Below, piece after piece: positions 8,251 through 16,900 of a stretch of DNA of 21,313 nucleotides. This DNA is from an uncultured Clostridia bacterium. GTDB lineage: Bacteria; Bacillota; Clostridia; Christensenellales; Aristaeellaceae. The position numbers were made by a program, and so were the translations under genes. The notes under the pieces are model-generated. The model saw only the letters and a list, made by a program, of their open reading frames with translations. It did not search any database and was not told where the DNA came from. How positions within the stretch are numbered: the first letter of the stretch is position 1; each line of letters starts with the position of its first letter. The DNA lies in contig CALGBY010000108.1 in the NCBI GenBank assembly GCA_937886445.1, positions 1-21,313 of the forward strand, read 5' to 3'.

Positions 8251-8964
8251 ATGAAAAGGAAAACGCGCGGCATAGCCGCCTTCATCGTGCTGATCGTGCT
8301 GTGTCTTTCTCTGCTGCCTGCCGGCGCCGAGGGCGTGCCGGGCAGCGCGCGGCTTTCGAAATTCGTCCACAATGTGACGGTGACGGGAAAGATGGCTCCG
8401 GCGTATTTTGACCCGGATGTGACCTGTTATCTGCTCACTACGGGGCGGGATGTGAATAATGTGTACTTTACCTGCACCACGGAGGATCCCCAGGCCAGCA
8501 TGTATATCAACGGCCAGTATGTGCAGAGCGGCAAAAAGATCCAGGTGGCGTGGATGAATGACAATCCACAGCAGGTGGATATTGAAGTTTTCGGGATCTA
8601 CGGCGATTACAGAAAGTATACCGTGTTTCTGCAGCGCCGCCCCAGCGACAAGCGCACCCGTGTCAGCTCCGGCTATATCACAAAGCTGGCGCAGAAGGAC
8701 GGCGTGACAAAGATCACGGCGGATCTTGTGAATGTGTATTACTCAAACGGCAATATGAGCACCTTCCATAACGATTCCACGCAGCTTTATACCTATCCCT
8801 GCTCCGCGAACTGTGTATTCTATTACGGTACTGTGGATCAGGCTACGCGTGCCACCAGCGCGACGGAGTTTTCCTTCTTTTATACGCAGACCCCCGATCT
8901 ATTGTATCGCTTTGTCTATATCGAGGATGAGATCGTGGCGGTGATGCCGTACGCGGCGGACTGA
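8251..8964 (+). CDS. Secreted hypothetical protein with cadherin-like beta-sandwich domain
   Basis: The ATG at 8251 gives a classical signal peptide (MKRKTRGIAAFIVLIVLCLSLLPAGAEG), with GGGAGGA 7 nt upstream. The mature part (LSKFVHNVTVTG...FDPDVTCYLLTT...VYFTCTTEDPQASMYINGQYVQSGKKIQV...VDIEVFG...YRKYTVFLQR) follows the cadherin-like beta-sandwich pattern common in clostridial surface proteins. The C-terminal half is unassigned. Confidence 0.8.
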   Translation: MKRKTRGIAAFIVLIVLCLSLLPAGAEGVPGSARLSKFVHNVTVTGKMAPAYFDPDVTCYLLTTGRDVNNVYFTCTTEDPQASMYINGQYVQSGKKIQVAWMNDNPQQVDIEVFGIYGDYRKYTVFLQRRPSDKRTRVSSGYITKLAQKDGVTKITADLVNVYYSNGNMSTFHNDSTQLYTYPCSANCVFYYGTVDQATRATSATEFSFFYTQTPDLLYRFVYIEDEIVAVMPYAAD

Positions 8965-9077
8965 GATCAACCGGGCCGCGGCCCCTTGACGCATTCCGGA
9001 AGCCGGTTGCCGGCCTGACAGGCTGATGACCGGCCGCGGGGCGGGACCGAACCGGTTTTCTGAAAATCATACAATCA

Positions 9078-9120
9078 AAAACAGGCTATTGCAGATATTT
9101 TTCTCTGCAATAGCCTGTTT
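9078..9120. terminator. Bidirectional rho-independent terminator between convergent genes
   Basis: AAAACAGGCTATTGCAG-atatttttct-CTGCAATAGCCTGTTT is a 16-17-bp stem flanked by an A-run and a T-run. It abuts the stop of the minus-strand SGNH gene (9122). Confidence 0.85.
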
Positions 9121-9121
9121 G

Positions 9122-10354
9122 TTACGGCGTGAATGCGATCGCCGTTATGGTGAACCTTTTCTGTTCGCTTCCCTCCGCCATCCGGATCTCCACGGTATGT
9201 TCGCTTGCCGGTGAGGAAACAAACACCAGCTGGGTCTCGCTTTGCCCCCAGGCACCGGGAATATTCGCGTTCAGCGTCATCACACGCTTTCCGTCGATCC
9301 ACACCTCGGCACTGCCGAAGGCGGAGGAATTGACTGTGCGGTAGGAAATGAGCAGGTTTTTGAAGGAAGCGGTAAAGGTGAGGGGATCCTGCGGGGAGAG
9401 GGTGGAATGTGAGAAGTTTTTCCCGCATACACGGCCCACCGGGATGTTGGAATAGGAGGAGGGATCATCGGTGTTGAAGCCGCCGGCGCTGAAAGAGATG
9501 TCCTCCGGGATGCTGTCCGCGAAAACGCGTCTCATATTCATGTAGGATGTGCCGTACACACTGCGAACGGGGTCCTTCGTTACATCCTGCGCGTCCGTTG
9601 TCCTTTCGTAATCCGTACGGATGGCGGTCATGATACAGTCCGCCATCACCTGATGGCCGAGTGATGTGGGATGATAAACATCAAAGAAGAATTCCTTTTC
9701 TGTCCACTTGTCCCCTACATAGCGGAAGGCGCTGTTATACATGCTTACCATCGTCAGGTTGTAGCGCATACCGATGGGGGAAAGATCGTTCTGCAGGGTA
9801 TAGCCCGAGGGAAACACGCTGAACAGCAGGATCACGGCGGGATCGTTTTCGGCGTGCAGGATGCTTTTCACCATGGATTCATAGCAGCCGTGCCGGGTGG
9901 GATCACTGCCGTCATTGACCGCGTATTCGATGATCACCAGATCCGGCAGTCCGTCATCGTCCTTCACACGGCTTACAACATCGCGCTCATAACGCGTCCA
10001 TCCGAAGGTGGAGGCGGTGCCGCCTACGCCGGCGTTGACCAGCGCGATATTGCTTCCGTCCCCGCAGCCGTACTCCTTCCTCAGCGCGTCAAGCAGGCGC
10101 ATGGCCCAGCATTCGCTGTAGGTGGCCGCGCCGGCTCCCTCGGTGATAGAGCCGCCGATGACCGCCACGGTGATGTTTTCGCCGTTTTTCGCGCGGTCCA
10201 GTACTTTTTTCAGGCGGATATTGCTTCCCTTCATCATCTGGGCGGAGGAGAGCATCCCGCTGTACCAGTCTTCACTTTCCGGAATGCCTTCCGCAAGCGC
10301 GGAGGGAGCAAGGAACAATGCAAACACTGAAAGCAGGGCAAGCAGTTTTTTCAT
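9122..10354 (-). CDS. Secreted SGNH/GDSL-family hydrolase with C-terminal beta-sandwich domain
   Basis: Signal peptide MKKLLALLSVFALFLAPSALA. SGNH blocks are present: block I VIGGSITEG (catalytic Ser), block II NAGVGGT, block III EYAVND, and block V DVYHPTSLGH (D-x-x-H). About 130 aa of beta-rich C-terminus follow, possibly a carbohydrate-binding module. Confidence 0.88.
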   Translation of the reverse strand: MKKLLALLSVFALFLAPSALAEGIPESEDWYSGMLSSAQMMKGSNIRLKKVLDRAKNGENITVAVIGGSITEGAGAATYSECWAMRLLDALRKEYGCGDGSNIALVNAGVGGTASTFGWTRYERDVVSRVKDDDGLPDLVIIEYAVNDGSDPTRHGCYESMVKSILHAENDPAVILLFSVFPSGYTLQNDLSPIGMRYNLTMVSMYNSAFRYVGDKWTEKEFFFDVYHPTSLGHQVMADCIMTAIRTDYERTTDAQDVTKDPVRSVYGTSYMNMRRVFADSIPEDISFSAGGFNTDDPSSYSNIPVGRVCGKNFSHSTLSPQDPLTFTASFKNLLISYRTVNSSAFGSAEVWIDGKRVMTLNANIPGAWGQSETQLVFVSSPASEHTVEIRMAEGSEQKRFTITAIAFTP

Positions 10355-10385
10355 TATCGTTTTTCCTTTCGATCATCGTTCCGGT

Positions 10386-12158
10386 TCACCGGAGCGCTCC
10401 CGCGGGAGCGGGCGTCGCCGTGGGGTCAGGGGATGCTGTACGCACAGGTACGGGCGTAAGCACGGGAGAGGGAGCCGGTGTGAGCGGAGACACCGAAGGC
10501 ACGGCTGTCGGAACCGCTGTAGGGCACGGGGTAGGCGTCGCGTTTGCCGCCTCCACCTGCCTGTACAGTGTTTCCAGCGTACGTTTGGTGGCGGTGCCGC
10601 TCTGTTCAAGGCCGTTCGCGCGCTGATAGGCCTTTACGGCCTTTTCGGTGCCCTCACGGTACTGTCCGGTCACGGTGCCGGTGTAGTATCCCAGTTCCTT
10701 CAGCTTGCTCTGCAGCCAGTATACATCCTCGCCCTCGCTGCCCTTTTTCAACTGCCTGATCTCCCCGGACGGCACCTTTGTGCCGTCATAGGGCGTGTAT
10801 ACCGGCGGGACAGGCGTGGTATTGGGGGCGTATCTCTGCGCGTTATAGCTGCCGGGCTGCACGGAATAGACCAGCTCCGGGTCGCTTGCCGCGTCATCAT
10901 GGATCCATACCTTCATACCGGCCTTCGCGTGCTCATAGATCCATTTCGCGTCGGCCACCGTCATGCGGATGCAGCCGTGGCTGCCGGGCTTGCCCAGCCC
11001 CTTCAGGCTGTTTACCTTCAAAGTGGAATCGTCTCCCGCGTTGGAATAGAGCACGCTGTGGAAAGCGATCTCACTGTTGATCCTTGTCCAGTAACGTGCT
11101 TCACCGCCGCCCCAGGTGGGGAATTTGCAGTATTTGGCTCTTCTTCCGTTCAGCGTGAAGGTGCCGAGCGGGCTGGGATGAGAGGATGTGCCGGTGGCGC
11201 AGATGAAGGATTTGGCGAGGGTCGTATAATCCTGCGTTGAGGAATCGTATTCCCACACCTTTACCACCTGGTTTTTGACATCCACTTCAAAATAGTACTG
11301 CGCGGGTACGGGCGCGGGGGAGGGACGGGGCGTGGCGGCGGATGCGTCTGCCGCTTCCGGGTCATTGAACAGGATGTTCCAGGTGATTTCATCCACTGTG
11401 CCGGTCTGAGGCAGGCCGTTCATTTTCTGGAAGACCTTCACGGCTGCCTGCGTGTTTTTGTAGTAGCCGTCGGTGTTCTTTTTGTAGGTGAAGAAGCCAA
11501 GCTCGCGCAGGCGCTGCTGCACCTTCGTTACATTGCTGTTTTTTGATCCGTAGGAGAGCGTTCCGGGAAAGGCCTGAGGCGGCAGAGGAGTCATACCGGC
11601 CGGGGTGGGCGTGGCGGCGGCAGGCGCGGGGGCGGCACTTGCGGAAGGAGCAACTTCCGAAGTATACAGCACGGTGAGCGTCTGCGCGTCGGCCCTGCCG
11701 GTCGCCTCCAGCCCCGCGTCCTTTTGGAAGGTGCTGACGGCGGTACGCGTCTGGGCGAGATAGTTTCCGGTTACCTTTGAGGAAAGATAGCCCATGGCGA
11801 TCAGCTTTTCCTGCAGTTTTTTCACCTGTTCGCCCTTGTCGCCGTAGCTGAGTGGCAGGTAGCAGTTGCCGAAAATGATCTGCTGGGTATCGCTGTCCGC
11901 GATCCCGGAGACCTCCAGCTCATAGGCGTCCTGTACATTGCGCACCGCTTTGCGGGTCTGCTCGGCAAATTTTCCGGAAAGCGGGCCGGAATAGTAGCCC
12001 AGCTCCTTCAGACGGGTCTGGAGGGCAAGCACATCCTCTCCTTCATCCCCGTATTGCAGCGTATCGTAAAAACGCTCTGTTTCCTCTTCTGAAAGGGCAG
12101 ACATACACAGGCAGAGAGACAGCAGGGCCAGCAGCACCGCGATCAGCAGTTTCTTCAT
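10386..12158 (-). CDS. L,D-transpeptidase (YkuD domain) with four PG_binding_1 domains and Pro/Thr/Ala-rich linkers
   Basis: Catalytic motif GKPGSHGCIRMTVADAKWIYEH. There are four repeats of the peptidoglycan-binding pattern (L.YGD.GEDV..LQ..L.ELGYY.G...G.F...T..AV..FQ...GL...G), three before and one after the catalytic domain. It has a signal peptide. The start overlaps the GtrA stop (ATGA). Confidence 0.92.
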   Translation of the reverse strand: MKKLLIAVLLALLSLCLCMSALSEEETERFYDTLQYGDEGEDVLALQTRLKELGYYSGPLSGKFAEQTRKAVRNVQDAYELEVSGIADSDTQQIIFGNCYLPLSYGDKGEQVKKLQEKLIAMGYLSSKVTGNYLAQTRTAVSTFQKDAGLEATGRADAQTLTVLYTSEVAPSASAAPAPAAATPTPAGMTPLPPQAFPGTLSYGSKNSNVTKVQQRLRELGFFTYKKNTDGYYKNTQAAVKVFQKMNGLPQTGTVDEITWNILFNDPEAADASAATPRPSPAPVPAQYYFEVDVKNQVVKVWEYDSSTQDYTTLAKSFICATGTSSHPSPLGTFTLNGRRAKYCKFPTWGGGEARYWTRINSEIAFHSVLYSNAGDDSTLKVNSLKGLGKPGSHGCIRMTVADAKWIYEHAKAGMKVWIHDDAASDPELVYSVQPGSYNAQRYAPNTTPVPPVYTPYDGTKVPSGEIRQLKKGSEGEDVYWLQSKLKELGYYTGTVTGQYREGTEKAVKAYQRANGLEQSGTATKRTLETLYRQVEAANATPTPCPTAVPTAVPSVSPLTPAPSPVLTPVPVRTASPDPTATPAPAGALR

Positions 12159-12772
12159 GACAGTTCCTCCCGGGATCCTGACGGATCCTTTTTCTTTTTA
12201 TGCCCGAAGACGGCAAATTTGCTCGCGAAGTAGTTGAAGATCACTACCAGCACGGTAACCAGTATTTTGTCAGCGAGATGTCCGAGCACTCCGAGCAGCA
12301 GCAGGTACACGCCGGCTTCGATCACGATGAAGCCGGTCACTCTGGCGAGCGCAAACCGGCCCAGCTCCTTCAATGCGCCTTTGCCATGCTCCCTGCTGCG
12401 GAATACGAACGCTTTATTGGTAAAGAAGGCAAAGAGCACAGCGCACACCCAGCTGCCCAGCTGACACCAAAGCGCGTGCAGCGCGTAGGAACCGCCCTCT
12501 CCCGAAAAAAGCGCGGACAGCAGCGAAAGCAGGCTGCTTTTCTCTTCTCCGCGGCTGTCCAGATGAAACAGCGCCGCGAGTATCAGGTAGCTGATAAAGC
12601 TCACAAGCGTCGTGAGCGCGCCGAAAACGCAGTAGCTGACGAGCTCCGATATCTTTTCTCTTGAATCCAGCGGCCCGGGAGGGGTTTTGAACAGCTTTCG
12701 TATCAGCTTTTCCGCAAGGTCTGTTATGAACCCCAGTGCTTTTTCGGTAAAGCGGCGTATGGCTCCGGTCAT
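12155..12772 (-). CDS. GtrA-family membrane protein (polyprenyl-phosphate-sugar translocation family)
   Basis: Four TM segments with the GtrA signature layout (YCVFGALTTLVSFISYLIL ... AFFTNKAFVFR ... VIFNYFASKFAVFG). It is preceded by a charged N-terminal extension of about 40 aa. Confidence 0.85.
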   Translation of the reverse strand: MTGAIRRFTEKALGFITDLAEKLIRKLFKTPPGPLDSREKISELVSYCVFGALTTLVSFISYLILAALFHLDSRGEEKSSLLSLLSALFSGEGGSYALHALWCQLGSWVCAVLFAFFTNKAFVFRSREHGKGALKELGRFALARVTGFIVIEAGVYLLLLGVLGHLADKILVTVLVVIFNYFASKFAVFGHKKKKDPSGSREELS

Positions 12773-12788
12773 ATTTGTTTCCTTTCGT

Positions 12789-13010
12789 TCACAGGCTTTC
12801 CGTTTCCCCGTGGTCTCCCCGGGCGTAGCCCGCGGCCAGAAGGGCTGAAAGCGGCAGAGTACAGGTCTTTTTGGAACGGGAGGTGATATAGGTAAAGGTA
12901 TCTCCCTCCATAAGGACCACAGTGATGTTTCGGTATTTCATATCCTCCGCGAAGAGAACGCGCACCGGGCGGTTATGGCGGAGGGAATAGCGCAGAAAGG
13001 TTTCCGTCAT
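12789..13010 (-). CDS. Small (73 aa) hypothetical protein, translationally coupled to the upstream membrane transferase
   Basis: The ATG overlaps the stop of 13007..15328 (ATGA). The next gene follows after 16 nt with its own AAAGGAAA SD. The sequence (LRYSLRHNRPVRVLFAEDMKYRNITVVLMEGDTFTYITSRSKKTCTLPLSALLAA) has the alternating beta-strand pattern of YolD/WYL-like small barrels. That is a pattern impression only. Confidence 0.6.
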   Translation of the reverse strand: MTETFLRYSLRHNRPVRVLFAEDMKYRNITVVLMEGDTFTYITSRSKKTCTLPLSALLAAGYARGDHGETESL

Positions 13011-15328
13011 TCGGTCTCTCCTCCGTTTTCCGGTATTTCATAGATGCGTATATCCTCATACCCGCCGCTTTCATAAATCAGGCGGCAGCAGCGGTCAAGC
13101 GCGTCCTCATTGACCGGTACAGAACCGTTGGAGCGTTCATAGGGAGATATGTATACATATTCCGCGCCGTACTTTTCCGCAATATCCATGTTGTTTTCCG
13201 GGTCCTCCAGGAAAAGGAGGATGTCGCTCTGCCGTTCCCAGGTATCAAAGCCGTGCCAGTAGAGCCACAGGTCCGGCCCGCACACGATATCCCGTCCCGC
13301 CAGAGCGGATACCGGGTTGATATGCTGTGTCCAGGTGATGAACATGGCGTGTTCCGGCGTGTGCTCCTCAATAAAGGCCGCGGCGTCCGCGTCCTCTTTT
13401 GAGAAGGATTCGTAATCGCTCACGCATTCCCTCGCGATGCTGATCGTGCCTGAAAGGAAGCACACCGCGCAGAACACGGCCGCGATCAGGCGGCGGGAGC
13501 GCAGCCCCTTCATACGGCTGTACAGCTTCAGGGCGTAACGGGCGGCGATCACGCAGGAGATCATATACCATACATAGAAAAGCTTGTTGTTGTCATATTC
13601 GTTGGGCTGAAAGCGTACGCATTCCGCCGGGATGAACACGGCAAACGCGAGATAAGCGAGAAAGCGCGTTTTGCGGTCCTTTTCAAACAGCGCGCAGAGA
13701 AGCAGCAGGAAGGGAAGTCCGATGTTTTTGATGTAGAACCAGAAATAGGCGTCACGCAGGCCTTCCGAGGCGGAATTGTTGACCCAGTTGAACTGCAGCG
13801 TGAGAAAATGCGTGCTGCCGGAGGCCTGACGGAAGGTCCATGTGAGCAGCTGCGGTGCGGCGATGACCACCGTGACGGCGCCGAAGATCAGCCAGCGCAG
13901 GATGCGAAGGGCGCGCCTTTTATCTCTGTTTTCCACAAGGCAGATCAGGGCAAGACACAGGCCTGCCGCGACCGGCGCGAGAAACAGAATGTCCGGCAGG
14001 TTCGCCTCGGGCACCTGCAGCGTGCTGTCCAGCACGGAGAGGATCTGCGGGGCGAAGCGGATGAGCACGAGCAACCCCTCCGCGGCCAGCATGCCCAGCA
14101 AAAGGCCGCGCAGCCTGCGCCCGCCTTTTCCGTGTACGGCGTCATAGACCAGCCCGCCGGCGCATACCAGCCCCAGCGCCAGGAAGGAATGTGTGTGGAC
14201 CATCGGCAGCGCCCCCGCCCATACGGCCATAAGCAGAATGAGACGGATGTCTTTCCTGAGGGTACGGCGCAGATCGGGAGCGGCGGGGGTAATGGCTTTT
14301 CTTTTCCACAGGGCGCGGGAGACCTGACAGGAGAAGCGTCCCTTTATTTTTGCCGGATGCCTGCGGTCAAAACGGCTGCCCGCGGCAAACTCATATACCA
14401 GATACAGGCAGGGAAGCAGCTGACACCAGCCGGCCAGCGTGGTGCGCTGCGGGATGAGCATATCCGCGATCACATTGCTCCAGCGCAGGTTATAGGTAGT
14501 GAATTCCGCGTGGTTGGCCGGTGTCTGATACCAGCCGTCCAGCATCACCTTCAGGCGCTGCCACAGCCCGGTCACGCTCTGCAGCTCATTTTCGGCGTAA
14601 ACACCGTTCTGCACACCGGCCATATCCAAACTGTAAAAAAAGCCCAGACCGCCGTTCAGGAAGAAGAACAGCGCGGCCAGCACGGCTGTGCTCCGCTTCC
14701 TTGCGATCCTTTCCGCCAGAATGATATATCCCGAAAATACGAGGGCTGCCATCAGCACCGAGGGAAAATTGACCGCGAAGCGCAGGGAGCAGCCAAACAG
14801 CATGAAGGAGGCGGACAGGCTGTCCGCGAGGAAAGGATAGGTGAGCAGCTCGCCGGGATAGATGGAATAATCCAACGGTACCTTCGCGTTGCGGAAGGAG
14901 GTGATGATGCCCAAATGCAGGTTCAGATCGCCGTAGGTGCTCTGCCCCACATGCAGGGAGCCGTCCGCCGCCGGATAAATATTATGCGTGATGAACAGAT
15001 ACAGGGAAAGCAGGGTAAGCGGCAGCGCTGTGCAAAGCAATGCCGTACACAGCCGTTTTTCCTTTTCGTCAAAGCGTGACGCTTTTTCGCGGCTGTGCGT
15101 GAAATACGCCGCGCAGCCCAGCAGCAGCAGCGGGAGGAGGGAAAGCAAATGCCCCTTTAGCGTAAAGTCAAACAGGTAGGCACTCAGATAAGGAAGCCAC
15201 ATTTCAAGCAGCAGGCCGAAAGCGACTCCCAGCCAGAGGCGGGCGGTAAAGCGTATACGGGGAAGCAGGCAGCGAACGCAGAATACGCCGCAGCCGAGAT
15301 AGACCAGTGTAAAGAGAATGCCCGCCAT
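13007..15328 (-). CDS. Large polytopic membrane protein, GT-C-fold glycosyltransferase-like (ArnT/PMT/YfhO-type architecture)
   Basis: It has about 14 or more TM segments, a conserved-looking early loop (GQSTYGDLNLHLGIITSFRNAKVPLDYSIYPGELLTYPFLADSL), and a soluble C-terminal domain of about 150 aa. It sits in an operon with GtrA. I prefer the ATG at 15328 (SD GGGGAAGGGGA, and a 5' UTR conserved with copy B). The ORF track's alternative GTG at 15373 would add 15 aa. Confidence 0.85.
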   Translation of the reverse strand: MAGILFTLVYLGCGVFCVRCLLPRIRFTARLWLGVAFGLLLEMWLPYLSAYLFDFTLKGHLLSLLPLLLLGCAAYFTHSREKASRFDEKEKRLCTALLCTALPLTLLSLYLFITHNIYPAADGSLHVGQSTYGDLNLHLGIITSFRNAKVPLDYSIYPGELLTYPFLADSLSASFMLFGCSLRFAVNFPSVLMAALVFSGYIILAERIARKRSTAVLAALFFFLNGGLGFFYSLDMAGVQNGVYAENELQSVTGLWQRLKVMLDGWYQTPANHAEFTTYNLRWSNVIADMLIPQRTTLAGWCQLLPCLYLVYEFAAGSRFDRRHPAKIKGRFSCQVSRALWKRKAITPAAPDLRRTLRKDIRLILLMAVWAGALPMVHTHSFLALGLVCAGGLVYDAVHGKGGRRLRGLLLGMLAAEGLLVLIRFAPQILSVLDSTLQVPEANLPDILFLAPVAAGLCLALICLVENRDKRRALRILRWLIFGAVTVVIAAPQLLTWTFRQASGSTHFLTLQFNWVNNSASEGLRDAYFWFYIKNIGLPFLLLLCALFEKDRKTRFLAYLAFAVFIPAECVRFQPNEYDNNKLFYVWYMISCVIAARYALKLYSRMKGLRSRRLIAAVFCAVCFLSGTISIARECVSDYESFSKEDADAAAFIEEHTPEHAMFITWTQHINPVSALAGRDIVCGPDLWLYWHGFDTWERQSDILLFLEDPENNMDIAEKYGAEYVYISPYERSNGSVPVNEDALDRCCRLIYESGGYEDIRIYEIPENGGETE

Positions 15329-15446
15329 TTTTTCCCCTTCCCCGTTTGCCGCCGGGATGGCGGAACGGTTCACTTATGCGTTGTGCCTCCGGAATAGCAC
15401 CGATGGGCTGTTTGAAGATCGGCCGACACGATCTTCAAACTTGTAC
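15329..15446 (-). repeat. Copy A of the conserved leader element (5' UTR of the envelope operon)
   Basis: Read on the minus strand: GTTTGAAGATC-gtgtcggcc-GATCTTCAAAC (15440-15410), then the core AGCCCATCGGTGCTATTCCGGAGG (to 15386). Next come CCGCC-atccc-GGCGG (15363-15349), AAACGGGGAAGGGGA, and the ATG at 15328. Confidence 0.7.
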
Positions 15447-15452
15447 TAATAT

Positions 15453-15481
15453 ATTATACAAAAAAAGCGTGTTTTTGACAA
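15453..15481 (-). promoter_or_regulatory. Near-consensus sigma-A promoter driving the envelope operon
   Basis: On the minus strand: TTGTCA (15481-15476), a 17-nt spacer, then TATAAT (15458-15453). The predicted start lies a few nt upstream of the copy A hairpin. Confidence 0.75.
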
Positions 15482-15570
15482 TGATATTTCAAAAATATTA
15501 CGGATTATTTACAAATAATCGGTTGCACATGCTCAGAGCAACAAATGACTGCTTTTGTGCCGTATCCTGC

Positions 15571-15599
15571 TTGCAAAAGCGGAAGTACGCGTGTATCAT
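15571..15599 (+). promoter_or_regulatory. Candidate promoter of the esterase gene
   Basis: TTGCAA (15571-15576), a 17-nt spacer, then TATCAT (15594-15599). It sits 48 nt upstream of the ATG at 15647, and the SD is AAAGGAGAAAA. Confidence 0.5.
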
Positions 15600-15631
15600 A
15601 ATTGCAGTGAATAATCAACCGATTTTGATGA

Positions 15632-16717
<1,086 letters not shown>

Positions 16718-16725
16718 CTGCACAG

Positions 16726-16750
16726 GCGGGGCCTCAGGTCCCGCTTTTTT
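16726..16750 (+). terminator. Rho-independent terminator of the esterase gene
   Basis: GCGGG-gcctcaggt-CCCGC followed by TTTTTT (16745-16750), 9 nt after the stop codon. Confidence 0.7.
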
Positions 16751-16805
16751 GCTGCGGTTTTTGGATGAGGCCGCGTGTTCTGATCGCTTTCAGCTTCTGA
16801 TCATG

Positions 16806-16819
16806 CGAACAAATGTGCC
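16806..16819. promoter_or_regulatory. Possible LexA (Cheo/SOS) box upstream of uvrB
   Basis: CGAACAAATGTGCC matches the Firmicutes consensus CGAAC-N4-GTTCG at 11 of 14 positions by my count. It lies about 10 nt upstream of the uvrB -35, and uvrB is a classical SOS gene. Confidence 0.4.
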
Positions 16820-16828
16820 CAAATATAC

Positions 16829-16857
16829 TTGCGAAAACACCGCGAAAAGGGTATAAT
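16829..16857 (+). promoter_or_regulatory. Sigma-A promoter of uvrB
   Basis: TTGCGA (16829-16834), a 17-nt spacer, then TATAAT (16852-16857). Confidence 0.7.
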
Positions 16858-16900
16858 GGACGGGAAGGGACCGCCCGGAGGCGGCACGAGGACAGGAAAG

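Noticed and set aside
10122-15079. Plus-strand ORFs 10122..11240 (372 aa) and 13808..15079 (423 aa) opposite the L,D-transpeptidase and GT-C genes.
   Set aside because: They are Arg/Gly/Ala-rich shadow frames. The minus-strand products have clear domain signatures and operon-style coupling.
15386-15410. Sigma-54 promoter resemblance of the reverse-read core (GGCAC-CGAT-GGGC).
   Set aside because: The GG-to-GC spacing is 9 nt, not the required 10. Copies B and C lack the -12 GC element.
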